64,000 nt of DNA from Aulosira sp. ZfuVER01 (GCA_034530615.2 JAVRCV020000005.1:20256-84255); one strand, 5' to 3'; shown: positions 19,357 to 31,514, counted from the first letter of the stretch. Numbers and translations are program-made. The notes: generated by a model from the letters alone, not told the origin.

Positions 19357-21578
19357 TAACCTCTCAAGAAAATGAAAGCTCCCCAGGCCTGAGCTGCAAC
19401 TGCTAAGACAGTAGACCACATAGGATGAGCGCTGTTAATGGTTTTACCATTTTGAGTTTGTAGGGATTGGATATCAATCCAGGGGGTTGCGCCTCGCCGG
19501 AACCAGCCGACAACAGTAATCTGCCGACCAATCCAGTCTTGAGGATTGATTGATTGCCCCAGCCAAGGAATGTGATGTAATTTCACTAAGCCGATGTTAG
19601 ATTGCAGAATTAAGTCTTGTGCTAGGCAGTTGCCAACGCCTTGACGACCTAATAGCTTACCGGCAAGGCAGACGTTAATGCTGTCGATGGGCATAGCAGA
19701 TGGATTAGCTAACAGGTTTGGCAGGCGATCGTCAGTTTGCACATTAGCTGGTTGGATATCGGGAAAGAAAGCATTCATCCGAATTACCATACCGATACTA
19801 AAGCCAATCAATAAGCAACCTGTAACGAATGACCAATCCTCATATATCCATTTGAGGTTCAAAATCTTCATTGCAAATGCTATTTGCCACAGCAGCCAGA
19901 TCAGACCGGCAAACAATAATCCTAGAGGAATTCCCAACCAAGGTGCTATTTGTAAGAGGAAGGGCTGAGGCTTACCTCGTAAAGCTTGTTCGCTGGTAAG
20001 ATGTAGTTCTGGTTCTAAATGCCAGTGACGAGCGATTTTGCAGAGGCGTTGGATGCGATCGCCAATCAAAGGATGACTGTTGTTGAGTGTAAACCAACGG
20101 CGATAGGGATTGAAATTTTCCCACATCAATAAAGATGTAAAGGGAATATGACCCGCCACACTACCCAAAGATATACTTTGTTGATAGCTAACTGGTGCCA
20201 GGATATTCAAACTTTCTAACTGCCAACTGGTTTGTTCTTGTTTGGCAATATCAGCAGCAACACCAATAGTAATTTTTAGTAAGGCGCGAATTAGGGCATT
20301 AGGATTCCCAGTAATTTCTGAGCCTGAGCGATCGCTATAATAAAGCCGCAACTTAGACAACCACAAAGCCGTACCCGTCAGCAAACACCAAATGCCATAA
20401 GCGAGACTAGCTAAAATTGTGGCTGGCCAACGCCAAACTCCTTGATATTTACTTCCCCACTCTGATATGTACTGATACAGCCTGTAAACAGTCATTGTCA
20501 CCAGCATTACCAGAGACATCACGACAAAATCTCTATGCACAATCTGCCCGAACTGTGCGGCGTAGATGACGGCAATTTCATCATCTGCTAGTTGTTCTAA
20601 TAGTCCTTGACTGACTACAATCCGGGCATTACGGGCGAGATTACCGTATGTTAGCGCCATTGGGGCAGCAATTGGCAAAATCCGCAGTTTAGGAAACTGC
20701 CAACCTCGCTGTTGGCAAGAACGCTGTAGTACCCGAATCGCTTCCCGACTGTAGCCATTTAAAATATCTTTGGACAACTCTTGCTGCCCATAAAATTTTT
20801 TCAATAGCCAATCTAGTAACCAAGGCGACAATACCATTGCGATCGCCAATACCACGAACACAACCACGGTTGGATCGCGATATAAAAATTGCAATGGCTT
20901 GACGTAAGGTAGCTTGACTAAAATCTGATTGGTTAAACCCATTGCTAGCCGGAGCATTTCTCGCATCACCCAAAACAGAGCGATAAATGTTCCTGCTGCC
21001 AGTAATTTTAAAGGTATTAAATTCAGCTTATGCAGGGGTTGCCAAACTTTAGCTCGTCCTGCATGACGCCAATAAATGTTGAATGATTTAGCTTGTGGAC
21101 GGTTGACACCGATGAAGCTACTGGGGCCAATAGGAGTTTCTACATTGGGATTTTTAAAGCCACCAGCTGGTATGGTGGTTGAAGTATTAGTGGCTTTTAC
21201 CACTGTTGGTTTTGCCTGCTGTGGCGATTTAGCAGCATCCTGATTGGAATTATCAAAAGCGACAAATCCAGTTGCAGAATTTTTTGATGATGTATTTTGA
21301 CGTTTTTGGCGTTTTTGCAAATGTTCAAGAGCGCGTTCTGCCCACTCTTGAACTTGGGGATTAGGACTCTCAAGCAGATTTTGACAAAGGGCGATCGCTT
21401 TGGAGACTTGGCCGCTGCGTGCATAAGCCATCACTAAGCCCACCTTGGCTTGCAAACCAGCATTCCCTGTCTTCTGAGTGCTAGCCACAGGCTCTAACTG
21501 AGCGATCGCACTTTGATAATTTCCCTGCTTGAGAGCAACTAAACCAGCCTCCAAAGACAATTCGGCATGTGAAGGCAT
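19356..21578 (-). CDS. TPR plus M48 (HtpX-like) membrane protein with degenerate zinc site
   Basis: N-terminal TPR-like helices; IVVSQGLL...DEIAVIYAAQFGQ; TGNPNALIRALLKI; SHPLIGDRI. Confidence 0.8.
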   Translation of the reverse strand: MPSHAELSLEAGLVALKQGNYQSAIAQLEPVASTQKTGNAGLQAKVGLVMAYARSGQVSKAIALCQNLLESPNPQVQEWAERALEHLQKRQKRQNTSSKNSATGFVAFDNSNQDAAKSPQQAKPTVVKATNTSTTIPAGGFKNPNVETPIGPSSFIGVNRPQAKSFNIYWRHAGRAKVWQPLHKLNLIPLKLLAAGTFIALFWVMREMLRLAMGLTNQILVKLPYVKPLQFLYRDPTVVVFVVLAIAMVLSPWLLDWLLKKFYGQQELSKDILNGYSREAIRVLQRSCQQRGWQFPKLRILPIAAPMALTYGNLARNARIVVSQGLLEQLADDEIAVIYAAQFGQIVHRDFVVMSLVMLVTMTVYRLYQYISEWGSKYQGVWRWPATILASLAYGIWCLLTGTALWLSKLRLYYSDRSGSEITGNPNALIRALLKITIGVAADIAKQEQTSWQLESLNILAPVSYQQSISLGSVAGHIPFTSLLMWENFNPYRRWFTLNNSHPLIGDRIQRLCKIARHWHLEPELHLTSEQALRGKPQPFLLQIAPWLGIPLGLLFAGLIWLLWQIAFAMKILNLKWIYEDWSFVTGCLLIGFSIGMVIRMNAFFPDIQPANVQTDDRLPNLLANPSAMPIDSINVCLAGKLLGRQGVGNCLAQDLILQSNIGLVKLHHIPWLGQSINPQDWIGRQITVVGWFRRGATPWIDIQSLQTQNGKTINSAHPMWSTVLAVAAQAWGAFIFLRG

Positions 21579-21671
21579 AGAAATTTTGGCACTCCCATCT
21601 CTTCTAATTAATCCAAGTTTGCGCCTAAGCGCATGAATTTAGATACCCCAGCCAAGCAATCGCGTCCGGAA

Positions 21672-23300
21672 TTATCCCTCCACTGGTTGTTGACCGGAAT
21701 ATACTGGAGCGATCGCGCTTAATTTCAACTCTGGATGATCTCCCTGTAACTGTTGACAGTTCCATTCGTTGCGGAATAGCAATACTGGGCGTCCCATGCT
21801 GTCTTTAACTGTGGTGGTGTTAAATACACGTCCCACCTGATTCAAAGCTTCCCAACCGCCATCTACCCAACGGGCGACGCTATAGGGCAGCAAGTCTAAG
21901 ATGGTTTCTACACCATACTCATTTTGTAAGCGAAACTGCACTACCTCAAATTGCAACTGACCCACCGCCGCTAAAATTGGATCGCGTTTGGCTTCATCAA
22001 TTGAGTACATAATTTGTACTGCACCTTCTTCGCGCAATTCCGAGATGCCTTTTTGAAATTGCTTAAATTTTGAAGGGTTGGGGTTTCTCAGAGTCGCAAA
22101 CAATTCTGGTGAGAAATAAGGAATTCCCTCATATTCCAGCTTTTGCCCAGTGTAAATCGTATCGCCAATAGCAAAAACACCAGGATTGTTTAAACCAATC
22201 ACATCGCCAGGATAAGCTTCATCAATTGATTCTCGCTCTTGAGCAAAGAGTTTTTGCGGGCGAGACAGACGTACGACTTTCCCTGTGCGGGCGTGAGTCA
22301 CCGTCATATCTTTTTCAAACTTACCTGTGCAGACGCGGATAAACGCCACGCGATCGCGGTGCTTCGGGTCCATGTTAGCCTGGAGTTTGAAGACAAAGCC
22401 AGAAAACTCCGGGTAGGTAGGAGGAACTTCACCCACACTGCTATTGTGATTGCCTGGTTTCAAGGCATAGTCCAAGAAGGAATTCAAGAATAGCTCTACC
22501 CCAAAGTTGGTCATGGCACTACCAAAGAACACTGGCGTCATTTTTCCTTGATGTACCAAATCTAAATTCAGTTCCGGCCCTACACCTTCTAATAGTTCTA
22601 AATCGTTTTTGAGTTGGTAGTAGAGATCTTGTTCTAGCAGTTCCTCAATTCTGGCATCACCCAAATCGACTATGGTATCTCTAGCTTCTTTGCTACCGTG
22701 GGCACTACGTTCAAAAAGGTGAATTTGTTGTTGATCGCGGTCAAACACACCTTTAAAGCGATCGCCCATGCCAATTGGCCAGTTAACTGCATAGGTCTGC
22801 AATCCTAATTCTTGCTCAATCTCGTCCAACAATTCCAGAGGCTCTCTCCCCGGACGGTCGAGTTTATTAACAAACGTAAAAATTGGGATACCGCGTAACT
22901 TACAAACTTCAAATAATTTGCGAGTTTGCGGTTCTAAACCTTTTGCCGCATCAATCAGCATCACCGCGTTATCTGCGGCGGCGAGAGTGCGATAAGTATC
23001 TTCACTGAAATCTTGGTGTCCTGGAGTATCTAACAAATTTACCTGACAACCTTGGTAGGCAAATTGTAATACTGTAGATGTAATAGAAATACCCCGTTGT
23101 TGTTCCATTGCCATCCAGTCAGAGGTAGCCTTACGCTGTGCCCGTCGTGCCTTGACTGCACCAGCTTCGTGAATTGCGCCTCCGTATAACAGAAGTTTTT
23201 CTGTAAGTGTCGTTTTCCCCGCGTCTGGGTGAGAAATAATCGCAAAGTTGCGGCGAAGTTCAACTGCTTTTTGCAGATCTGACTCAAGTTCAGTTGACAT
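21672..23300 (-). CDS. prfC: Peptide chain release factor 3
   Basis: [32 protein letters not shown]. Confidence 0.97.
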   Translation of the reverse strand: MSTELESDLQKAVELRRNFAIISHPDAGKTTLTEKLLLYGGAIHEAGAVKARRAQRKATSDWMAMEQQRGISITSTVLQFAYQGCQVNLLDTPGHQDFSEDTYRTLAAADNAVMLIDAAKGLEPQTRKLFEVCKLRGIPIFTFVNKLDRPGREPLELLDEIEQELGLQTYAVNWPIGMGDRFKGVFDRDQQQIHLFERSAHGSKEARDTIVDLGDARIEELLEQDLYYQLKNDLELLEGVGPELNLDLVHQGKMTPVFFGSAMTNFGVELFLNSFLDYALKPGNHNSSVGEVPPTYPEFSGFVFKLQANMDPKHRDRVAFIRVCTGKFEKDMTVTHARTGKVVRLSRPQKLFAQERESIDEAYPGDVIGLNNPGVFAIGDTIYTGQKLEYEGIPYFSPELFATLRNPNPSKFKQFQKGISELREEGAVQIMYSIDEAKRDPILAAVGQLQFEVVQFRLQNEYGVETILDLLPYSVARWVDGGWEALNQVGRVFNTTTVKDSMGRPVLLFRNEWNCQQLQGDHPELKLSAIAPVYSGQQPVEG

Positions 23301-23415
23301 AAGTGTATTTGTTTGCTTGCTATTAACTTAGCTTAATTTTTTTTGAGTTTGGTGAGTCTTTTCATCTTAAAACAAGGACGCACGCGATCGGGTCGTAATA
23401 TCACTCAGGTAAGAG

Positions 23416-23704
23416 GGAACAGTGAACAGGGAACAGGAAAAGAAGAAATAACTACTGACCAATGACAAATGACCCTTGACTCCTACATAAGAAAATGCCA
23501 AAGAATCTATTAATTTACATTTAAATGTATGGCTTTATGGAAAAATAGATTGCAGCAGTACTTTGACTCACTTTAGGATTTTCTATTCCCTTAAGAGTTA
23601 TTGGGTATCTACTACACCAAGGACTAAATATTTAGTTCATTGTCATTAGTCATTGGTCATTGGTATTAACAAAGAAAAACGGACAAATGATGAATGACAA
23701 ATGA
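23416..23704. repeat. Scattered STRR heptamers
   Basis: GGGAACA copies; TGACAAA/TGACCAA and TCATTGG/TCATTAG copies. Confidence 0.55.
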
Positions 23705-23971
23705 GTATCTAATTTAGATGCGCATTAGATTACGCATTACCGAATTTCTTTAATTAATTTCAGGGAATTTTTAATCTTGTTTTTTTTAGCAGTGCGTCGA
23801 AGAGATGTCTGCCACGCTGTACAATACGAAATTGCCCCACAGCTTCATCAACAGTAGGGCAAAGGACAGTTAAGCACTGCTCGTAGTCTGTCCTAACTGA
23901 GTAAGGTTTTTCCTTGCTTTTGTGACGCTTTATGTTGTGTCCATTTGCTTTGTAATTCTTCATAAAACTTT

Positions 23972-24952
23972 ATGTTTCCAACTCACCGCCCCCGCCGTCT
24001 GCGTACCCATCCCCAACTGCGCCGGATGGTACGTGAAACTCTTTTATCCACTAGTGATTTAATTTACCCATTGTTTGCAGTACCAGGCGAGGGAATTGCT
24101 AATGAAGTGAAATCCATGCCTGGTGTTTATCAACTATCGGTAGACAAAATTGTTGAAGAGGCAAAGGAAGTTTATGACCTAGGAATTCCCGCGATCATTC
24201 TGTTTGGAATTCCCGCAGATAAAGATGTCGATGCTACTGGTGCTTGGCATGATTGTGGGATTGTACAAAAAGCAGCTACTGCGGTGAAGGAAGCTGTACC
24301 AGATTTGATTGTTGTAGCTGATACTTGTCTATGTGAATATACAAGTCATGGTCACTGCGGTTACTTACAAGTCGGTGATTTAACGGGAAGGGTATTAAAT
24401 GACCCCACCCTAGAATTACTCAAAAAAACAGCAGTTTCCCAAGCCAAAGCTGGTGCTGATATTATTGCGCCTTCCGGGATGATGGATGGCTTTGTGCAGG
24501 CAATTCGTGCGGGTTTGGATGAAGCAGGATTCCAGGATACGCCGATTATGTCCTATGCGGCTAAGTATGCTTCAGCTTACTACGGGCCATTCCGGGATGC
24601 TGCAGACTCCACTCCACAATTTGGTGACAGAAGAACTTACCAAATGGATCCAGGTAACGCTCGCGAAGCAATTAAAGAAATTGAACTTGATGTCGCTGAA
24701 GGCGCTGATATGCTGATGGTGAAGCCAGCATTGGCATACATGGACATCATTTGGCGCGTTAAGGAAGCCAGCAACCTCCCCGTTGCAGCCTATAACGTTT
24801 CGGGTGAGTATTCCATGATTAAAGCTGCGGCCCTCAATGGTTGGATTGATGAACAGCGTGTAGTAATGGAAACTTTAACTGGATTTAAACGCGCTGGTGC
24901 AGACTTGATTTTGACCTACCATGCCAAAGATGCTGCACGCTGGTTACGGTAA
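23972..24952 (+). CDS. hemB: Porphobilinogen synthase (delta-aminolevulinate dehydratase)
   Basis: [37 protein letters not shown]. Confidence 0.97.
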   Translation: MFPTHRPRRLRTHPQLRRMVRETLLSTSDLIYPLFAVPGEGIANEVKSMPGVYQLSVDKIVEEAKEVYDLGIPAIILFGIPADKDVDATGAWHDCGIVQKAATAVKEAVPDLIVVADTCLCEYTSHGHCGYLQVGDLTGRVLNDPTLELLKKTAVSQAKAGADIIAPSGMMDGFVQAIRAGLDEAGFQDTPIMSYAAKYASAYYGPFRDAADSTPQFGDRRTYQMDPGNAREAIKEIELDVAEGADMLMVKPALAYMDIIWRVKEASNLPVAAYNVSGEYSMIKAAALNGWIDEQRVVMETLTGFKRAGADLILTYHAKDAARWLR

Positions 24953-25185
24953 GCTACACAACTAATCTAACGAACGAGCAATCGTTATCAGAAATCTCAC
25001 GCATAGGTATAAAGGCGCAAGCTGGATTGAGTGTCTTAGTATCTGGGCGTGAGATTCTTGTTGGAATAAATTATAGTTTTGTGCATATGCTCAACAAAAC
25101 TAGAGTATTTACAGAGATTGGCAACACTGAGCATTACTATTAGGCACGAGTAAGTGCGGAGTTTTGTCTTTTTAAAAGTAGGTTT

Positions 25186-25201
25186 TGTACGAGATAGTAC
25201 A
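25186..25201. promoter_or_regulatory. Consensus NtcA site upstream of the XRE gene
   Basis: TGTA-CGAGATAG-TACA. Confidence 0.4.
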
Positions 25202-25340
25202 CAAATAAAAAGTTATTTCGTTTGCAAGAGAGAAGGCGATCGCTTATAAATGAATATAGTTAATAAAATTTCCGTAACTGACATTTACTGTCAATCGATT
25301 TAATAAATACAATCTAAGTTTTTTCAAGGGAGCATGAAAT

Positions 25341-25634
25341 ATGGATATGCAAGTCCTGAGAGAACGTGCTGGGCTTAGCCGTGCAGAGGTTGCCTTCAGG
25401 CTTGCAATCAGTGAAACCAGTGTACGCAACTGGGAAGCTGGGCGTACTGAACCCACAATGACACCAAAAAAATATTTAGACGCATTGCGTCTATTTAAAT
25501 GCACACCTGAAGAATTGGCCGCAGCTAGCGAAAAGTCAATTAATCAGCGGCATAAACGCAAACCAGGAAGACCTAAACGCTTTCCAGATAGTCCCGTAGT
25601 AACTCAAGTAACTGATTCGCCAGTTTGTAGCTAA
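25341..25634 (+). CDS. XRE-family HTH regulator with AT-hook-like tail
   Basis: LRERAGLSRAEVA...SVRNWEAGRTEP; RKPGRPKR. Confidence 0.85.
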   Translation: MDMQVLRERAGLSRAEVAFRLAISETSVRNWEAGRTEPTMTPKKYLDALRLFKCTPEELAAASEKSINQRHKRKPGRPKRFPDSPVVTQVTDSPVCS

Positions 25635-25927
25635 TTAGATTTGAGGTAAAGGTTCAGGCTGATGGCTGTGGTTTACTATAGTGATGGCAGTTCCTGCGTT
25701 ACTATTGCTTGACGTGCAGTGATGTTAATTTCATGGCTTTTGAAACTGGGGGAGTAAGGATTCCGATTGTTGTCTTTGCTCTCACTCATTGGATAATTTA
25801 ATTTCTGAAGTCCCTAATACCGCTGCGCGAAAGTCAAAAATCAAAAGAATTGTATTTCGGACTTTTGCGCCAATTTAAATGGTTTGTTTATCTTATACCA
25901 ATTCCCGAAAAAAAATGAAACAGATGA

Positions 25928-26004
25928 GTAGGTTGGGGAGCGACTTACGTGGGCGGGTTTCCCGTGAGTGAAGTGGCGTTTGAACTGAGTGAAACCCAAC
26001 CTAC
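25928..26004. repeat. REP-like inverted repeat with a nested dispersed repeat
   Basis: GTAGGTTGGG...CCCAACCTAC arms flanking GGGCGGGTTTCCCG...AAGTGGCGT. Confidence 0.6.
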
Positions 26005-26432
26005 TGGCTGAAGGTTATTTTAATTGAAGAGCGATCGCGTTGCGGCAAAATCTCAGGTGCGATCGCCTTCCTGCATCTGTGATTTCTTTACACGCTCAAA
26101 GGTGCAGTTTATTTAAGTATATTTATTGAATAAATATTAGATTTTACTGTAAACCATACTTTAGTTTTTGTGGTTTTTGCTCAGGGCAATGGGGCAGATT
26201 GAATTACTAGAGCAAGATTTAATATAAGCCTCTATTCGGAAAATATGTTGATGAGTGTGAGGACGCACTATGGCAAGAACAGTTTGCAGTATATGCAGGC
26301 GGGAGGAAAGCCACGCCAGAGTAATAAGCGATCTGCAAAGAATACTGCATCAAAGACAACGGCAATCGCACCAAATGTAGAGCAAGCGACGACGAATGGC
26401 AAAAGTCCGAAGACAGAAGTGAATTAGGTAAG

Positions 26433-26469
26433 TAGACTGATAGGTGCGTAGGCGTAGCCTGTCAGTCTA
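26433..26469. terminator. Hairpin downstream of the Uma2 gene
   Basis: TAGACTGATAGG...CCTGTCAGTCTA. Confidence 0.5.
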
Positions 26470-26478
26470 AACCTTAAC

Positions 26479-27026
26479 TTAGCGTAGAAATTTGTCAACT
26501 TCGAGATAGATATCGGGAAATGCTAAAGATGCGATCAAACCCGATTGCAATTGCCATACAGACTGATACTCACCTTGAACAGGTTGACGATGAACCCATA
26601 ACAGAGAATTAGGAATATCTATCACCCAATATTCTTTTATGCCATTGCGAGCATATAGAGATACTTTTTCTTCTAAATCGTAGCTAAGAGTTGAATTAGA
26701 CACCTCAATTAGCCAGTAAATATCCGCAGGTTCCGGATGGCGTTCGTCATAACTAGACTCAGGAGGGACAGCAATACAAATATCTGGTTGTGGTTCGCTG
26801 TTACTGGCTAAAAGGATTGGGGCTGAGGAAAATATGACCCCTCGATCGCACAGCATTGATTCTAAATACTTAACTCCCCGCCGATAAGTTCACGATGAAT
26901 CGGCAATTCTGGAGCCATATCAATAATATTGCCATCTATAAGTTCTACCTGTCGTCCTGCCAATAGCCCAGTCTCGATCATGCGGTGGTATTCCTCAACC
27001 GTCCACTTTGTTGATGTTCTGACCAT
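26479..27026 (-). pseudogene. Uma2 (DUF820) family endonuclease with a 1-nt frameshift
   Basis: ATG at 27026 gives MVRTSTKWTVEEYHRMIETG...VELIDGNIIDMAPELPIHR; the downstream frame has EPQPD, IEVS, YARNGIKEYW; span is 548 nt, one short of 183 codons; shift near 26890. Confidence 0.85.
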
Positions 27027-27281
27027 TGGTTTCCTAGGGCAATACCGGACTTTTTTAATTATAAAGTTTAATTATAAAGCGCTAATTCTGTATTAGATCT
27101 AATATTGAAATGGAGAACTGACAAGGAAAAGGCAGAATATTTTTACCTTTTACCCTTTCGGAAACTTCACCTCAAGTAGCAGCTTGTGAAAAAACCAATT
27201 TCTAACTAGTGCGATCGCTCACGGTATTTGCCACGGCGGCGCGATAAGATTCTAAAACAACAGTCGTACTATAAGGTTTAA

Positions 27282-28265
27282 ATGGCAGAAACTCTTTTCT
27301 TTAACGCCCTCCGTGAAGCCATTGATGAAGAAATGGCACGTGATTCCAGTGTATTTGTTCTCGGGGAAGACGTAGGACACTACGGCGGTTCCTACAAAGT
27401 TACCAGAGACCTTTACAAAAAGTATGGTGACTTGAGAGTTCTTGACACCCCCATTGCCGAAAATAGCTTTACAGGGATGGCAGTAGGAGCAGCGATGACT
27501 GGGTTAAGACCCATCATCGAGGGTATGAACATGGGTTTTTTGCTACTTGCCTTTAACCAAATCTCTAATAACGCTGGGATGCTGCGCTATACTTCCGGCG
27601 GTAATTTTAAAATTCCAATGGTAATTCGCGGACCTGGTGGTGTTGGTAGACAACTAGGTGCAGAACATTCCCAAAGATTAGAAACTTACTTCCAAGCCGT
27701 TCCTGGGTTAAAAATCGTTGCCTGTTCTACACCTTACAACGCCAAAGGACTTCTAAAATCGGCAATTCGTGATGATAACCCCGTGCTGTTCTTTGAACAC
27801 GTTCTGCTTTACAACTTAAAAGAAGATCTGCCAGAAGAAGAATACTTACTACCTTTAGACAAAGCAGAAGTTGTGCGTCGTGGTAAAGATGTCACAATTC
27901 TTACTTACTCACGGATGCGCCATCATGTGCTGCAAGCCGTGAAAACTTTAGAAAAACAAGGTTACGACCCAGAAGTCATTGATTTAATATCACTGAAGCC
28001 ATTAGATTTTGATACCATCGGTGCCTCTATCCGCAAAACCCATCGCGTAATTGTGGTGGAAGAGGCTATGCGCACAGCAGGTATTGGTGCAGAAGTCATC
28101 GCTTCCATTAATGACCGCTTGTTTGATGAATTGGATGCGCCTGTACTCAGGCTTTCATCCCAAGATATTCCCACACCTTACAACGGTAATCTGGAGCGGC
28201 TGACAATTGTTCAACCAGAACAAATAGTAGAAGCCGTGGAAAAAATGGTGGCGATGCGAGTCTAG
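27282..28265 (+). CDS. pdhB: Pyruvate dehydrogenase E1 beta subunit
   Basis: [21 protein letters not shown]. Confidence 0.96.
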   Translation: MAETLFFNALREAIDEEMARDSSVFVLGEDVGHYGGSYKVTRDLYKKYGDLRVLDTPIAENSFTGMAVGAAMTGLRPIIEGMNMGFLLLAFNQISNNAGMLRYTSGGNFKIPMVIRGPGGVGRQLGAEHSQRLETYFQAVPGLKIVACSTPYNAKGLLKSAIRDDNPVLFFEHVLLYNLKEDLPEEEYLLPLDKAEVVRRGKDVTILTYSRMRHHVLQAVKTLEKQGYDPEVIDLISLKPLDFDTIGASIRKTHRVIVVEEAMRTAGIGAEVIASINDRLFDELDAPVLRLSSQDIPTPYNGNLERLTIVQPEQIVEAVEKMVAMRV

Positions 28266-28272
28266 AACTAGA

Positions 28273-28421
28273 AGGGAAGGGGGATGAGGAGGATAAGGGA
28301 GATAAGGGAAACAAGGAGAACGCAGCAGTAGGAGCAACCCTTGTGGTTGCCCGCCCCATGACCAATACTTCGGCTTCGCTCAGTACAAGTGCCCAATGCC
28401 CAGTGCCCAATGCCCCATCCC
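28273..28421. repeat. Mixed STRR, REP-like and SDR-like repeats
   Basis: GGAGATAAG-type 9-mers; GCAACC-CTTGT-GGTTGC hairpin; TACTTCGGCTTCGCTCAGTACAAG within CCCAATG heptamers. Confidence 0.65.
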
Positions 28422-28518
28422 CGATTTCTAGTAACAATTCTTACTGATAACTAATAACTCATAACGATTTAAAAGAGCGCTATTATAGCCTTTGTCAGTT
28501 GCGAGTGATGGTTATGGT

Positions 28519-29931
28519 ATGCAAAGACAGCGATCGCTATTAGCTTTAATTGTAGTGTTGGTTATCGCCGCTATTGCGGTGATGCTGACAATTCCCATAC
28601 CTTTGGGACTAGATTTGCGGGGAGGCTCACAGCTCACAATTCAGGTGAAACCCACAGCAGAAATTAAGCAAATCACCGAAAAAGAATTGGAAGGCGTGAA
28701 GAAAGTAGTTGAGGGACGGATTAACGGTCTTGGCGTTTCCGAACCAGTGATTCAAACTGTGGGTGCAGACAAAATTTTAGTGCAACTTCCCGGAGTTAAC
28801 GATCCAGAACAAGCAGAACGGGTATTAGGAGGTACAGCACAGTTAGAATTTCGCGAACAAAAACCCGGTACGGAAACTCAACTGTTTGCTTTTCAAGCAT
28901 CTCGCGCCGAACTAAAAGCCAAGCAACAGGAATTGAGAACTAGTAATGACAGTGCTGCAATCGCCAAAAATCAAGAAGAGTTGCAGAAAAATAATCAAGC
29001 GATCGCCGAATTGTTTGAAAGTACCAATCCACCCCTAATCGGTAAATATCTCCAGAATGCCTATGGCGAACCAACCCAAGGTAATAACTGGAATGTTGCT
29101 ATTCGCTTCAATCAACAGGGTGGTCAACTGTTTGCTGAATTGACCAAAAGCCTTGCAGGTACTGGGCGTGGCATTGGAATTTTTCTAGATAATGAACTGA
29201 TCAGTTCTCCTAGTGTCGGGCCAGAATTTGCCGCCGCAGGTATTACTGGTGGTGCGGCGGTGATTACAGGTAGGTTTACCGCCCAACAAGCTAATGACTT
29301 AGGTGTGCAGCTACGTGGTGGCGCATTACCCGTACCAGTAGAAATTGCGGAAAGACGGACAGTAGGCGCAACCTTAGGTAAAGACAGCATTCAAAGCAGT
29401 ATCTACGCTGGCATTGGTGGTTTGGCTCTAGTATTAATATTTATGGTGGTGTACTATCGACTACCAGGGCTGATTGCGGATTTGTCATTAATAATTTACT
29501 CTTTGTTGACTTGGGCTTGCTTTGCTTTATTGGGTGTAACTTTGACTTTGCCAGGAATTGCTGGTTTTATTCTCAGTATCGGTATGGCAGTTGATGCCAA
29601 CGTGTTAATTTTTGAGCGCACGCGGGAAGAATTAAAAGCGGGTAAATCCCTATATCGTTCTGTAGAATCTGGTTTTTACCGCGCATTTTCTAGTATTTTA
29701 GACAGCAATGTCACCACATGGATTGCTTGTGCTGCCCTGTTTTGGTTAGGTTCTGGCTTAGTAAAAGGCTTTGCCTTGACTCTAGCTTTAGGGGTAGCAG
29801 TAAGTATGTTTACGGCAATTACCTGTAGTCGTACATTGCTGTTTGTGGCAATTTCTATTTCCTCCTTGCGGAAGACAGAACTTTACTGTCCTAACGTACC
29901 AGTTGCGAATAAGGCAGAGGTCGCACAATGA
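28519..29931 (+). CDS. secD: Protein translocase subunit SecD
   Basis: [34 protein letters not shown] at 28519. Confidence 0.96.
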   Translation: MQRQRSLLALIVVLVIAAIAVMLTIPIPLGLDLRGGSQLTIQVKPTAEIKQITEKELEGVKKVVEGRINGLGVSEPVIQTVGADKILVQLPGVNDPEQAERVLGGTAQLEFREQKPGTETQLFAFQASRAELKAKQQELRTSNDSAAIAKNQEELQKNNQAIAELFESTNPPLIGKYLQNAYGEPTQGNNWNVAIRFNQQGGQLFAELTKSLAGTGRGIGIFLDNELISSPSVGPEFAAAGITGGAAVITGRFTAQQANDLGVQLRGGALPVPVEIAERRTVGATLGKDSIQSSIYAGIGGLALVLIFMVVYYRLPGLIADLSLIIYSLLTWACFALLGVTLTLPGIAGFILSIGMAVDANVLIFERTREELKAGKSLYRSVESGFYRAFSSILDSNVTTWIACAALFWLGSGLVKGFALTLALGVAVSMFTAITCSRTLLFVAISISSLRKTELYCPNVPVANKAEVAQ

Positions 29932-30905
29932 AACTGAGTATTAACAAATCGCGATCGCTATGGTGGACTATTTCCTCCGCCATCATTCTCAGCGGTATCA
30001 TCTCAATGGTGATTTCTTGGCAAAACCCAAATATCAGAGCACCCCTACGCCCTAGTTTGGATTTCGTCGGTGGTACGAGGTTACAGTTTGAACGCGACTG
30101 TACCAAACCAGGTAACTGCGACAAACCAATAGATATCGGTGTTGCACGGGATGTAGCTAAAGAACAAGGGCTAGGTGATAGCAGTATCCAAGTTGTTGGT
30201 GACAATGGGATTTTGATTCGCACGAAAAACCTTGATGCCGATCAGCGCACCAAGTTACGCAATACCTTAAGCGAAAAAATCGGTGAGTTCGATCCGCAAA
30301 AAAACCAAATTGACTCCGTTGGCCCCACTTTGGGACAAGAGTTATTTCGGTCTGGGGTTCTCGCTTTGATTGTTTCCTTCTTAGGAATTACAGTTTATAT
30401 GGCGTTCCGCTTTCAGTGGGACTATGCCATTTTTGCGATCGTTGCCCTATTCCACGATATCTTAATCACCGTAGGGTCTTTCTCGATTTTGGGTTTGGTA
30501 CTGGGTATTGAAGCAGATAGTTTGTTCATCGTCGCTTTACTGACGATTACAGGTTTTTCAGTGAATGATACAGTCGTCATTTACGATCGCATTCGTGAAA
30601 CTCTCAAAACTCATCCCGACAGGCCAATTGCTGAAATTGTTGATGATGCAGTTAACCAAACTTTAACTCGGTCAATCAACACGACCTTAACTGTATTGCT
30701 GACATTATTTGCGATCTTTCTGTTTGGCGGAGAAACGCTGAGAAATTTTGCCCTAGCTTTGATTATTGGTTTCACAATGGGGGCTTATTCTAGTATTTTC
30801 ATTGCCAGTACCCTTCTAGCTTGGTGGCGAGAGCGTACAGGTCAATCTCCATCTGTAGCAACTGACCAAACAACTGATACCTCTGCCAGTTCCCAAGAAA
30901 GTTAA
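29928..30905 (+). CDS. secF: Protein translocase subunit SecF
   Basis: [32 protein letters not shown] overlap with secD. Confidence 0.96.
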   Translation: MKLSINKSRSLWWTISSAIILSGIISMVISWQNPNIRAPLRPSLDFVGGTRLQFERDCTKPGNCDKPIDIGVARDVAKEQGLGDSSIQVVGDNGILIRTKNLDADQRTKLRNTLSEKIGEFDPQKNQIDSVGPTLGQELFRSGVLALIVSFLGITVYMAFRFQWDYAIFAIVALFHDILITVGSFSILGLVLGIEADSLFIVALLTITGFSVNDTVVIYDRIRETLKTHPDRPIAEIVDDAVNQTLTRSINTTLTVLLTLFAIFLFGGETLRNFALALIIGFTMGAYSSIFIASTLLAWWRERTGQSPSVATDQTTDTSASSQES

Positions 30906-31079
30906 GCTGCTGTATATTTCCTAACTGGGTGAAAGCATTTTGTATTGCTCATACCAAATTGCAATAGATTCAATGATTCTAAATTGGTGAAACATCCTAA
31001 AACATAAATATTCCCAATCAAAAATCTTAAATCCTCAATTCCAAATTGGTATCACCCATATCTTGCCGTTTTACGTCCT

Positions 31080-31514
31080 ATGGATCAATCGGAACAACCA
31101 TCACTTAATGGCGATCGCATTCACAACTCTGACCCAGCTTTTGCTCAACAGGTGCAAAGGTTACATCAACTGACAGTCTACGGTCGGTGGTTATTTGTTG
31201 GCTGTTTGTGGCTTACAATTGCCCCTGTTTGCTTGTGGAACTTACAAGCAGAAATTGCTCTGTGGCAACAATACTTTACCTGGGTAGCGGTGCGATACGG
31301 ACTTTTATCCCATCCACTGTCTACCTTTGGTTTAGCTTTTTGTATTGGGATGACAACTTCTGTTTTAATTTGGCAAAGTCGCAATATCCTCCTAGGCCTA
31401 CCACAGCAGGAAAAACAACGCTTAGAAAAGCAAGTTTGTCGGATACGCCAGCAAGGCCCCACTCATCCTTTGTGGAAGTGGGTTTGTCAACCTCTGCGGC
31501 AAATTAAAAATTAA
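31080..31514 (+). CDS. Conserved hypothetical membrane protein
   Basis: Two hydrophobic segments; C-terminal RQQGPTHPLWKWV. Confidence 0.7.
   Translation: MDQSEQPSLNGDRIHNSDPAFAQQVQRLHQLTVYGRWLFVGCLWLTIAPVCLWNLQAEIALWQQYFTWVAVRYGLLSHPLSTFGLAFCIGMTTSVLIWQSRNILLGLPQQEKQRLEKQVCRIRQQGPTHPLWKWVCQPLRQIKN

Noticed and set aside
19051..19419. ORFs of 122 aa (-) and 81 aa (+)
   Set aside because: Low-complexity translations of STRR repeats
26245..26427. 60-aa plus-strand ORF
   Set aside because: No recognisable motif or SD, and a competing short ORF exists in another frame; coding cannot be supported
28147..28437. 96-aa minus-strand ORF
   Set aside because: Translation of repeats plus the pdhB antisense strand
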